Assembly (NCBI RefSeq): GCF_030684315.1
Contig: NC_081358.1
Coordinates: 32,675,979-32,739,978, forward strand
DNA from: Stegostoma tigrinum
Taxonomy: Eukaryota
DNA: 64,000 nucleotides
Reading direction: 5' to 3'
Below the pieces are notes generated by a model that saw only the letters and a program-made list of their open reading frames with translations, was not told the DNA's origin and did not search any database. This document shows, one piece after another, positions 26,381 to 38,008 of this stretch (position 1 is its first letter; each line of letters opens with the position of its first letter). The translations under genes and the position numbers were made by a program.

Positions 26381-26774
26381 AATTAATACCGACTTTGGTT
26401 GCAAACGTAGCAAGATAATTTCCTAACAAATTTTTCCAAAGTTTCAGCTATTCATTTATGAGTTGCTAAAGACTAGTTACAGTTTCAAACTGTATAAGAC
26501 CTTCTGAAGGATCCAAAATTCCAGTAATTGATCTGCATCTCATTAGCCAATTTAATTTCATAAAATTTGCCACAAGCAAATTCTGAAGCTGAAAAAAAGT
26601 GTAACAGCTATTATGAATGATGTCTAGATTGTTCAGTTAAATGGTTTTCTTGGAAACAATGACTTTGAGCATTCCTGCTTAACTTCTATGTTATACTTCA
26701 TTCCAACATGGATGAAAGAATTGCAGCAATGTCCCACCTCAAATTGAGGATCATGGTGCCTTCTTTGATCACTT

Positions 26775-27095
26775 TCGTGGTTGTTTCCGTTAGGAGGGGA
26801 GACGAGGACCTGTGGGCACAGCCTTAGAATTAGAGGGAGTAAATTTAGAACGTAAATGAGGAGACATTTCTTCAGCCAGGGAGTGGAATTCATTGCCATG
26901 GAGTGTGGTGGAGGCCGAGATGTTAAATGTCTTCAAGGCAGAGATTGATAATTTCTTGATCTCGCAAGGAATTAAGGGCTATGGGGAGAGTGCGGGTAAG
27001 TGGAGTCGAAATGCTCATCAGCGATGATTAAATGGTGGAGTGACTCAATGGGCCGAATGGCCTTACTTCCACTCCGATGTCTTATGGTCTTATGT
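26775..27095 (+). mobile_element. CR1-type LINE 3' end
   Basis: 3' UTR ending TCTTATGGTCTTATG. Confidence 0.8.
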
Positions 27096-27726
27096 CCAAC
27101 TGAAACATGGTTACAATTCTAAAACCATGATGAAGGAGCATGCTGATAAGACATATCATCTCGAAAAATCAAAGTTGGTGTTCAAATCCGATTGGGTGTT
27201 GTTCCATAATTGTCAAGAAAAGCTGAAGCGATTTGCAAACTTGGTTCCGTATGATTGTTGAGGATTTCCACAAGATGACAAGTGATGGATCTTTCCTTAA
27301 GATTGGTATAAGCTTTGCTATACCCTCAACATGTATAGATCCACCAAAGGAGGATCTTTGTGGTTCTGAAACAAAATATCAGCCATCAATATCCAACTAA
27401 TACACATCTCTCCTGCACTGTCTTTTCAGAAATGGAGATCCTTTCAAAAGTTTGCATGTTACATTTTAGAAAATACAGTGTTTGAATTGTAAATAGAGGA
27501 AAGAGAATGTTTTCTATGTTGTCCGTAATTTGCTTATTCATTCGGAATACAGACTCAACTACCAGAGCTATGTGGATCCCATCAGTATGGAGCAAATCTG
27601 ACCTATCGCCAACTTTGTTAACTGTGACTAACTTGGAGAGGGTTGTGAACTGCACTCTTTTCTAAATGGCTGTTAAATTCCTGAGCCATGATTGGCTGGC
27701 TATCGTTACATATTCGAATGTAGAAT

Positions 27727-27815
27727 AGGTCAGGAGTCACATGACACCAGGTTACAGTCCGACAGCTTTATTTTAAATCATAAGCTTTCGGAGCGCTGCT
27801 CCTTCGTCAGATGTA
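27727..27815 (-). mobile_element. Penelope-derived terminal repeat (family C)
   Basis: Homologous to the arms of 57940-58080; contains a hammerhead motif. Confidence 0.7.
27779..27813 (-). ncRNA. Minimal type I hammerhead ribozyme motif (family C)
   Basis: Minus strand CAT-CTGACGA-A-GGAGC AGC GCTCC-GAAA-GCTT-ATG; perfect stems I and II, palindromic AAGCTT stem III. Confidence 0.8.
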
Positions 27816-29475
27816 GTCAGGTGGAATTTGGAATAACTAGGTTTGTGCTGATCTGATATCAATGCAGGTGCTTTCAGCAGAGCATTAAGACAGCAAACAG
27901 GACCGTAAACCCCAGGAAAGTTCTTCTGAACCCAGAGACTTTGGGCTCAATTGAACTGCATTAATTTCTGGCCTCTACTGAGTATACTGAAGTCATTGTG
28001 GGTCAGAGAGTCATACATCTGTACAGCATGGAAACAGACCCTTCAGCCCAATTCGTCTATGCTGACCAGATATCCCAAATTCAGGTTAAATAATGTGGAC
28101 ATACAGTGGTTGCTCAGAAACCTCCTTAAATCCCTGCCTTAGTTTATATGTAACTTTAGAAACTTCTGAAGGAAGACTATCCTGAAGTATTTGTTTCCAA
28201 GGCGTGTAAATATCTCTTTTCAGCCCTGGTCTTTCATCCATGCACAGACCTAACTTGAACAGAGATGAGTAATTGGCTACAATAGACTGTTTGCAATATG
28301 TTAACAACAAATCTGTGAAATCCACAGCTCTGGTCATTTTAGAAACAAGTGTGGAGAATTTCAGAAATTGTGAGTGCATCCAGATGGCTTGGAGTAAGGC
28401 CATTAAAAAAAAACTGCATTTGTTCTTGGATATGGATAGTACTGAAAATAGCCTTGGCCAAGATTTGCTCAATCCATCTGAACTGCAATCATGTTCCTGG
28501 ACTGCATTAGGAAACAGAAATGTCTCTCAAAGCAGTTTAATAAATTCAGAAAATAGGAAAAGCTTTACACCTGGCTGTTTGCTTTTGAGGAACCGAATGA
28601 TTTGTGTAGTTCTAAGCACCAGTGTATGCAACATACTTTGTACAGCAGTAAATTTTGAAGTGTTAAGTTCAGCTGTTTCTTTGTCTTAGGAGAAATGTTC
28701 ACAGGTTTACGTTACCCTCGTTATCCAAATTTATGATTATCTCGCGCATCCAAGCCCAAAAGAGTATGAGTTTAGATTGTGCAGGTGCGTATGAATTTAA
28801 TCATGTATCAGTCCGTGAAATTAAGGCCTGCCTACTGTCCATGGATGACTGACACTAATGGATTACAGGCTAAATAATGTGGACATACATCAAAATTGAC
28901 CAATCAGTTTAGTGCAGCTTGAGCTAGGTTTACTGTCTACTGATTACATTGGCTTTGCATTTTTATTTGTAATTTGCATGCAGTGACTTTTTGGTTGTTA
29001 ATTTTTCATTGGAATTACAGTGTTGCTTTTAAATGGTGTTCATCCATTACCCCAATCTGCAGCACAAGTATATTACGCTAAAAGGTGACTGGACAATAAT
29101 AACTTGATTATGTGTATGTTTGAAATCTAGCATATACAAATGACACTGGCTTTAAGAGTTTTAAAATGGCACAAGTAACACATTACTTTTGTAAAGGGAA
29201 AAATGTAATGATGAATTGTAATTGAAACAAGTATCATAAAATCTACTATGGGTTCAACGGATTCATGTCTTTCTTCAGGGTTTAGATATGTTACATATAA
29301 AGCCACTTTTAACTTTATCTCTTTTTTAAAAATTAACCTTTATAGATATATTGGCCATGAATCAATAAGCATTTATACCATTTAAAATTAGTGCTTGCAA
29401 AATGCCAGACCAAAGATTGCAATTTTAATAATTATATGCTAAAATTCACTAAGCATAACTCATGTCTTCTTTCAG

Positions 29476-29663
29476 AAAATAATGAACTGCAGATGCTGGA
29501 AATCTGAAACAAAAACAGAAAATGCTGGAGAAACGCAGCAGGTCTGGCAGCATCTGAGGAGAGAAAACAAAGAAAAATATTTTCTGGACTTGAAACATTA
29601 ACTCTGTTTTCTCTCCTCAGGTGCTGCCAGACTGCTGAGTTTCCCCAGTAGGTTCTGTTTTTG
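29476..29663. mobile_element. Miniature palindromic family B element
   Basis: Arms ~29510-29570 and ~29600-29663 are inverted; the left arm carries an extra ~34-nt tail. Confidence 0.75.
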
Positions 29664-29924
29664 CCCCCTATCATCTTTATTTCTTTTTGTAAGCAGAATT
29701 ATGGAATGCTATAAATTAGACATGTTCTGTCCAGTATTCAATATTGTTCTTTTGTGGGTGAAATGCTCCTGTTTCTCAATCTTTTGAAACTAATGGATGG
29801 TGTGGAACAAGTGTGTCAGAGCCCTGCTGAACCTACATAAAATCACCCTGCTGAATCTACATAAAATCGCCTCTGAAACATCAGCTCTTGACAGGCAATT
29901 TTCCTGTTCCCTGTGAATACTTCA

Positions 29925-31110
29925 CTAACCTGGCTAACTGAAACTAAGGTGCTGGTTGTTGATGGTCCTGTTGTATTGCCCTGGATTATTGCCTGGGAAG
30001 CATCTAACCTAGTCTAACTCCTGGGTAACTTCACAAGTGACACCTTCCAGTGATGATCTTGCCTGCCCAGATTGACTCACCTTACCCACCTGTACCCCTT
30101 CCATCTGCTACTCACTCCACATACTCCCACCCAATACACACCTAACTATACCCCATCCACCTGCTGCCCACTCCACATACCCCCAACCAATACACACCTA
30201 ACTATACCCCATCCACCTGCTGCCCACTCCACATACCCCCACCCAATACACACCTAACTATACCCCATCCACCCGCTACCCACTCCACATACTCCCACCC
30301 AATACACACCTAACTATACCCCATCCACCCGCTACCCACTCCACATACCCCCACCCAATATACACCTAACTATACCCCATCCACCTGCTGCCCACTCCAC
30401 ATACCTCCAACCAATACACACCTAACTATACCCCATCCACCTGCTGCCCACTCCACATACCCCCACCCAATATACACCTAACTATACTCCACTCAGTCGC
30501 TACCCACTCCACATACCCCCACCCAATATACACCTAACTATACCCCCCCAGTCGCTACCCACTCCACATACCCCCACCCAAAACACACCTAACTATACTC
30601 CACCAATATATACCTCCAGCACTGTCCATTGAACCAGGGCTGATCCCTGGCTTGATGGTAATGGTTGAGTGTGGGATATGCCAGGCCATGAGGTTACAGA
30701 TTGTGCTGGAGTACAATTCTTCTGCTGTTGATTGGCCACAGTGCCTCATGGATGCCCTATTTTGAGTTTCTAGATCTGTGCGAAGTCTGTCCGATTTAGC
30801 ATGGCGATAGTGCCACACAACACAATGGGGGTTATTCTCAATGTGAAAGCGGGACTTTGTCTCCACAAGAACTGTGCGCTGGTCACTGACATGGAGTCAG
30901 TAGACTGCTGAGGCTGAGATCAAGAATATTTTTCACTCTTGTTGGTTCGCTGATCACCTTTTGCAGAGAAGGCCTAGCACCTATGTCCTTTAGGACCCGA
31001 CCAGGTTAGTCTGTGGCACTGCTGCTGAGCCACTCTTAGAAATGGACATTGAACTGCCCCACCTATAGTACATTTTGCATCTTTAGTGATTGTTCCAGAT
31101 GGTCTCACCT
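29925..31110 (-). mobile_element. Non-LTR LINE endonuclease/linker fragment interrupted by a minisatellite
   Basis: ORF 30555-30866(-) HIENNPHCVVWHY..A..DRLRTDL..ICNLMAWHIPHSTITIKPG; LINE ORF2-like. Confidence 0.6.
30095..30615 (+). repeat. 56-bp minisatellite, about 9 copies
   Basis: Unit CTCCACATACCCCCACCCAATACACACCTAACTATACCCCATCCACCTGCTGCCCA; successive starts at 30171 and 30227. Confidence 0.95.
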
Positions 31111-31229
31111 TCAAGGAGGATTAGCTGGGATGAGGTAAGGGGGTTGGGATTGTGGAAGCAGTCTCTGGTGAACATCTACAACCTTCTTTGCTCAAGCTTT
31201 CTTTGCCTTTCTAGTTGTTGATACAATTG

Positions 31230-31500
31230 ACTGGCTTTCTAGCCAGATAAGAGTCAACCACATTGCTGTGGGTCTGGATACTTACCTGGTATTCAGACCA
31301 GGTAAGGATGGGATTTGTCTTCCTTGAAGGACAATAGTGAACCAGATGAGCTGTTGCAACGCTTGACAATGGGCATCATTAGACTTTGAATCCAGGTTTT
31401 TATTGAATTTGGATTCCACCACCTGCTGTGGTGGGATTTGAATCCATTCCACAGAATATTACTGGTCCAGTGACAATACCGCTAGACCATTGCCTCCTCA
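31230..31500 (-). mobile_element. tRNA-derived SINE (non-HE1 family)
   Basis: Antisense head with A-box-like TGGTCTAGCGG and B-box-like GATTCAAATCC; body CTGGTTCACTA..CCTTACCTGGTCTG. Confidence 0.7.
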
Positions 31501-34103
31501 TTATGGTCCAGATGGTACAATTTTAAAGTAGGCGCAGGAATACAGAGATCTAAGATGTACGTACATGAACCTTTTGAGATGGCAGAACAAGTTAAGAAAG
31601 CTTCTGGATTTTAATTTGATTTTATTGTCACATGTACTCAAGTACAGGGAGTACCATGAAAAGTGTGTAGTGTCAGCACACAAGGCACCATCTATGGTAC
31701 AAATACCTAGGTACAGAATCTTAAGAACAAGGTAGAAAGAAAGAACAAAGTTAAAAGTTAAACAATGCAGTAATTATGGTACAGTGTAAAACATACAAAA
31801 TAAGGCTAAAAGTTAAACATTGCACATCTTTGTAGGTTTAAGTAGAAAATAATTCCTTGGCCCATTTTTAAATGAAAAAATGGTGAGAAACAAGCAAGGA
31901 ACTCTGTCTTTTGTGAAAGAAATGAAACTGGATAGGTCTTAGCTGGAATAAGTGTGTTCAGTTCTAAGCACTGTGCTTTTGTAAGAATGTCAGGAAAGAG
32001 TACAGGGGAGACATACTACAATGGGATGTGGGTTTCTTATATGGAGTTACACTGGAAATGGTAAATGTTCTCAAAACAGAGAAAGTCATTTGGAAAGTTG
32101 ATAGGTGTATTCAAAACATTATGGGTTGAACAGGCTCCTCTCCTGTTTTAGGTTTTCAATAATAAATGGTATTTCTGGTTTAAATATATCATCCCTTTTA
32201 AGATTATGTAGATATATGTTATACCCCTTTTATGCAATCATTTTAATACATAATTATATGTAGTTAATGACTAAGATACTAGATTTAGATTATTTATTAA
32301 TTTTGTTAATACCCAACTACTTTTCCATTTCAACCTGTGTGTGTTTTTCTGATGTTGTAGGACTTGCTGGCAGTGAGTGCTCTTTTATTGAGTTGTGTTC
32401 CTAAACGGATTAATTTCAATGTTTAACTGAAGAAACATCAGCGCAGCCTATCTGTAAAATTGGGACATTTTGGGGTAGATCACTGGACCAAGTTTGCACC
32501 TTACAGTGGAAAGCAAAGCACTGCTTGTTAAATGCAATGTTTATCTATTTCCATCATGCTTTGAAATGCACAAGTTTCTCTATAACCATCAAAACTGTTG
32601 AGTTTGACCACTGAAATGTAATAATAATTTAATATCATTATTCTGGTTTCTGGATAGTATAATTGGATAAAACTGAGCTTGTTAATTATAAGTAATAATG
32701 CTAATATTATCCTGTCTATTTCAGTAAATGACTGTAGGAACATGTGTTTTTGTGGACCTTTACAATGATGTAAATTAAATCCTGTAAATCCAGAATTATA
32801 ATACTTTTGGATAAGTATAGTTTGTGTTATTTATTGGTATAATCTGAGTTCATGTTTATTATTAACATCACTGCTTTCGATTTCTGTGGATAAAAAAGAA
32901 ACAGGTCTAATCCTTCCACCAGAGTGGAAAGACTCATTATCAAATTGATGACAAAAAGTCCCCTGAACAGTTGACTCTTGGGCTTCCACAGAACCAGTCA
33001 TGAATACTCAAACCATCTGTTTTGCTGGAGTTTGTCAGTGCGAACGTGGTGGAGGCAGCTGCTTCAATAGGGATGTCTTGGATAATGGACCAAGTCTTTG
33101 TCTCTGAGCAATTCTCTTGCATTCACAGGCATTGCCCAAGCATACTATAGAGCAATGAAAATCAAACTCTTGTTTGTGGCATGTTACCAATCTGAAAAAA
33201 GTGGAAGGCAACTTAATTGTTGACACACAGTTTAGAGATGCAAATAGGTTTGGAACAGCTGTGTGCGAGCTTATTAAGGACCTGTTTGAAAGCCAGAGGG
33301 CTCTGTAAGCTGCTTTTGATTTGAAATAGGTTTTGGTGAGGGCTGTAAACATTATTTTGTAGTACTACAGAAGTAAATATTATGGAAGGTGTAGAAATCT
33401 TGTGACTGTAAGGTGATCTGATTAAAAATACACGGATTTTGGTTTACCTGATGTGCTGATGGAAGATTGTTACAGTGGGACAGGCTGCTGTTTGCTGTGG
33501 AAAGTGACCCCATGCCCAAATATTAAGACAGCCTGTTTGGAATTTTGCCAGCTCTCTATAAAGACTGATATCAAAGAGTATGCATACATTGTGAAAGATT
33601 GCCAAATAGTTGAAAATGCCGGGGAATGTTCATCAAGGTATATTGGTAATGTATTTGATTTGATCTGTTTTGATTTATTATTGCCACATGTACCTAGGTA
33701 CAATGCAAACTTTTGTTTTGCATGCAGTACAGGCAGATCATACCATATGAAAGTGCATTAGAGTAATAGAATCGAGCCCGGAATACAGAGTTACATCTGC
33801 GGAAACTGCACAGTTAGCGAGATCAACATTAAATTTAAAATTTGAGGTGTCTATTCAGAAGTTGAATAACAACTGGGAAGAAGCTGTCCTTCAACCTATT
33901 TGTACAAAAAACCCAATTTATATATCTTCTGTCTGATGGAAGAGGGTGGAAGAAAGTATGACCAGGGTGGGAGAAGTCTTTAATTATGTTGTTTGCTTTC
34001 CCGAGGCAGTGGGAAGTATAGCCGGAGTCAATGGATTGGAGATAATAAAATGTGAGGCTGGATGAACACAGCAGGCCAAGCAGCATCTCAGGAGCACAAA
34101 AGA

Positions 34104-34134
34104 TGACGTTTCGGGCCTAGACCCTTCATCAGAG
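34104..34134 (-). ncRNA. Minimal hammerhead motif
   Basis: Minus strand CTGATGA-A-GGGTCTAGGCCC-GAAA-CGTC. Confidence 0.7.
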
Positions 34135-35220
34135 AGGGGGATGGAGAGAGGGAACTGGAATAAATAGGGAGAGAGGGGGAGGCGGACCGAAGATGGAGAG
34201 TAAAGAAGATAGGTGGAGAGAGTATAGGTAGGGAGGGGATAGGTCAGTCCAGGGAAGACGTACAGGTCAAGGAGGTGGGATGAGGTTAGTAGGTAGATGG
34301 GGGTGCGGCTTGGCGTGGGAGGAAGGGATGGGTGAGAGGAAGAACCGGTTAGGGAGGCAGAGACAGGTTGGACTGGTTTTGGGATGCAGTGGGTGGGGGG
34401 GAAGAGCTGGGCTGGTTGTGTGGTGCAGTGGGGGGAGGGGACGAACTGGGCTGGTTTAGGGATGCAGTAGGGGAAGGGGAGATTTTGAAACTGGTGAAGT
34501 CCACATTGATACCATTAGGCTGCAGGGTTCCCAGGCGGAATATGAGTTGCTGTTCCTGCAACCTTCGGGTGGCATCATTGTGGCAGTGCAGGAGGCCCAT
34601 GATGGACATGTCATCTAGAGAATGGGAGGGGGAGTGGAAATGGTTTGCGACTGGGAGGTGCAGTAGTTTGTTGCGAACTGTGCGGAGGTGTTCTGCAAAG
34701 CGGTCTCCAAGCCTCCGCTTGGTTTCCCCAATGTAGAGGAAGCCACACCGGGTACAGTGGATGCAGTATACCACAACCCGAAGGTTGCAGGAACAGCAAC
34801 TCATATTCCGCCTGGGAACCCTGCAGCCTAATGGTATCAATGTGGACTTCACCAGTTTCAAAATCTCCCCTTCCCCTACTGCATCCCTAAACCAGCCCAG
34901 TTCGTCCCCTCCCCCCACTGCACCACACAACCAGCCCAGCTCTTCCCCCCCCACCCACTGCATCCCAAAACCAGTCCAACCTGTCTCTGCCTCCCTAACC
35001 GGTTCTTCCTCTCACCCATCCCTTCCTCCCACCCCAAGCCGCACCCCCATCTACCTACTAACCTCATCCCACCTCCTTGACCTGTCCATCTTCCCTGGAC
35101 TGACCTATCCCCTCCCTACCTCCCCACCTATAGTCTCTCCCCCTATCTTCTTTACTCTCCATCTTCGGTCCGCCTCCCCCTCTCTCCCTATTTATTCCAG
35201 TTCCCTCTCCCCATCCCTCT

Positions 35221-35252
35221 CTCTGATGAAGGGTCTAGGCCCGAAACATCAG
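35221..35252 (+). ncRNA. Minimal hammerhead motif (stem III CpG decayed)
   Basis: CT-CTGATGA-A-GGGTCTAGGCCC-GAAA-CATC-AG. Confidence 0.65.
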
Positions 35253-35729
35253 CTTTTGTGCTCCTGAGATGCTGCTTGGCCTGCTGTGTTCATCCAGCTT
35301 CACACTTTGTTATCTTGGATTGTCCAGCATCTGCAGTTCCCATTATCAATGGATGGGAGGCTGGTTTGTGTGATGGGATCTTGGTATGTGGAGACAAAGA
35401 GAGCCATTTGTAAATGTGAGGGGTAGGAGGTCATTAAAATATCTCATAATAGGAAGTGCAAAGAAATTATGGCAGAAATCAATACCAGGCATGTAACCTC
35501 ATATGGACTCTCATCAAAACCTATTTCAAATCAAAAGCGCTTACAGAGCTATGCAGGAAGAAGTTTAATGATTGTGTGTGTCTTACTGAGGCAAACATGT
35601 TCAGTCTCTTCAGATGATGCATTTTATCAACCTCACCACTCGCCTCACTGCCTCAGATATTCAAATAGCAATCTCCACTCAAAAATATCCTATAGGGCAC
35701 TTACTAACACACTTCCCCTTTCTCAGGAG

Positions 35730-36258
35730 AGAGTGTAGGTTGTACAAATCACTAAAGTAACAACACACATTAGTATGGGTCATTCAAACAAAAGACAAAG
35801 GATAAAGCTACTTACCCTGACTCATTTCTAGAAAAAGTGACTTGAAAGTAAAGACATTTTGCGAAACATGCAGAGATGTTTGGTTTGACCATACTTGGAG
35901 TGCTGTGAACATTCCTAGTCTACATATTACAAAAAGAATCATAGAGGAGTTAGCAAAGTTGTTAACAAACATCTGTCAAATAAAACCAGAACTGAGAGAA
36001 TTAGGAATGATGTAATAAGTTGGGCCCTTTCTCTAGAGAACAGAAAATGGACGGGTGACCTGAGGAAAGCCTTCATTATGAAATAGTTTGATAGAGCAGA
36101 CATCGAGAAGATGTTTCCAGTTGTGAAAATGACCAGAATTAGGAGCCACAAATATAAGAAATTTATTAATGACACTACCAGGAAATATAGGAAAAACATA
36201 TTTCCCGAAGGGAGTAGCTGAAATGAACACTTGCAAATTCAAAGGAGAAGCTGTATTT
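35730..36258 (+). mobile_element. CR1-type LINE 3' fragment, degraded
   Basis: GTTTGACCATACTTGGAGTGCTGTGAACA.. and CR1 3' coding/UTR pattern. Confidence 0.65.
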
Positions 36259-37062
36259 TGTAACAAAAATTGTATTTTTTTTTGGTTTTAGTGAGTTGTT
36301 TTCTCTCTCAGAAAGAAGTACACAATGTTGCAGATTTTGTTTTAACAATAAAACAGAATTTTAGAAAACAAAAGAAATGGAAAAAATAGAATAAGCCAAT
36401 CTATTTACTTATTTAAAATGCAAATTCAGGAGAGTTTTAAACAAACAGTACATGCCTTTGCAAGATTTTGTTTTTAAAAGAATCCATTGTCCAGCAACCC
36501 TTTTGCAGTACTCATATCAAAAACCCTTTCTCTACTGCCTCAACAGGTTTAAGGTAATTGTGACTTTACCTTCTGGACTGGAACCCTGATAGCTTATTCC
36601 TGGAGCTAATATATATCTGACCTCAAACAAACTCTGTTTCAAGTACACTTCATAAATTTGTCCCAACACTTCTGGTACTATCACTAACTACTTACTATTC
36701 TAGTTTTACTGTATTATCCCCTTCTTGGGAGCACTCTATACTTCTCAATGTAAGGAGTTCACAGAATTTCCCCACTCAAAGTAAAACTAGAAACAAATAT
36801 TTCTTCCTTTAAGCTATGAAGGTTTCCCTTAAAGTTGAAAAAAGCTCCCAGTCCAGAAATTTTTAACAGAAGCCTTGACATACAATTGCCTACTTTACTA
36901 GCTCATAAATCCTAAAGGAAATAAGAACCTGTAACGCTATCAAAGTAATCTCAAGAAACAACACTGGCTATAGAAACACTTACAAGTTAATCACTAACTT
37001 CAGACACACCTAAAGTGTACTAAGTCAAAATTCAAAACACAACCCTAAAGTATGTGATATAA

Positions 37063-37950
37063 GAGATAATGGGAACTGCAGATGCTGGAGAATCCAAGAT
37101 AATAAAATGTGAGGCTGGATGAACACAGCAGGCCAAGCAGCATCTCAGGAGCACAAAAGTTGATGTTTCGGGCCTAGACCCCTTCATCAGAGAGGGGGAT
37201 GGGGAGAGGGTTCTGGAATAAATAGGGAGAGAGGGGGAGGCGGACTGAAGATGGAGAGTAAAGAAGATAGGTGGAGAGAGTGTAGGTGGGGAGGTAGGGA
37301 GGGGATAGGTCAGTCCAGGGAAGACGGACAGGTCAAGGAGGTGGGATGAGGTTAGTAGGTAGATGGGGGTGTGGCTTGGGGTGGGAGGAAGGGATGGGTG
37401 AGAGGAAGAACAGGTTAGGGAGGCAGAGACAGGTTGGACTGGTTTTGGGATGCAGTGGGTGGAGGGGAAGAGCTGGGCTGGTTGTGTGGTGCAGTGGGGG
37501 GAGGGGACAAATTGGGCTGGTTTAGGGATGCGGTGGGGGAAGGGGAGATTTTGAAACTGGTGAAGTCCACGTTGATACCATTAGGCTGCAGGGTTCCCAG
37601 GCGGAATATGAGTTGCTGTTCCTGCAACCTTTGGGTGGCATCATTGTGGCACTCCCTTCCTCCCACCCCAAGCCGCACCCTCATCTACCTACTAACCTCA
37701 TCCCACCTCCTTGACCTGTCCGTCTTCCCTGGACTGACCTATCCCCTCCCTACCTCCCCAACTATACTCTCTCCACCTATCTTCTTTTCTCTCCATCTTC
37801 GGTCCGCCTCCCCCTCTCTCCCTATTTATTCCAGAACCCTCACCCCATCCCCCTCTCTGATGAAGGGTCTAGGCCCGAAACGTCAGCTTTTGTGCTCCTG
37901 AGATGCTGCTTGGCCTGCTGTGTTCATCCAGCCTCACATTTTATTATCTT
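37063..37950. mobile_element. Palindromic Penelope insertion (family A)
   Basis: Tail 37063-37095, inverted arms 37096-37394 and 37653-37950; exact 14-bp TSD AGTATGTGATATAA (37049-37062, 37951-37964). Confidence 0.92.
37855..37886 (+). ncRNA. Minimal type I hammerhead ribozyme motif, fully consensus
   Basis: CT-CTGATGA-A-GGGTCTAGGCCC-GAAA-CGTC-AG; predicted cleavage after C37884. Confidence 0.8.
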
Positions 37951-38008
37951 AGTATGTGATATAACTCAGTTTATCACAATATTAAAGGATAGATGAAGAA
38001 GGGTAGAG

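Larger units (their letters stand above)
34042..35345. mobile_element. Palindromic Penelope insertion (family A) with GIY-YIG C-terminal coding
   Basis: Inverted arms 34041-34570 and 34776-35314 (~530 bp), ~205-nt spacer, tail 35315-35345; TSD TCAATGGATTGGAG / TCAATGGATGGGAG. Confidence 0.92.
33655..35380 (-). mobile_element. Rex1/Babar-type LINE 3' fragment, interrupted by the PLE palindrome
   Basis: KANNIIKDFSHPGHTFFHPLPSDRRY..TNRLKDSFFP; continues at 35350-35380. Confidence 0.75.
36259..37978. mobile_element. Probable solo LTR hosting the 37-kb PLE palindrome
   Basis: TGT...ACA termini interrupting a CR1 tail; flanks ATTT/ATAT, an imperfect TSD. Confidence 0.45.

Noticed and set aside
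29822-29869. 24-bp tandem duplication (also a ~16-bp one near 9870-9900)
   Set aside because: Ordinary slippage or repair duplications with no further structure.
30095-30615. Regular array resembling a CRISPR locus
   Set aside because: Units are head-to-tail with no unique spacers, there are no cas genes, and the context is eukaryotic.
34349-34963. 204-aa ORF containing GIY-YIG motifs as a possible domesticated gene
   Set aside because: It is a chimera across the palindrome junction: antisense-arm sequence fused to a truncated endonuclease, with no RT or promoter evidence.
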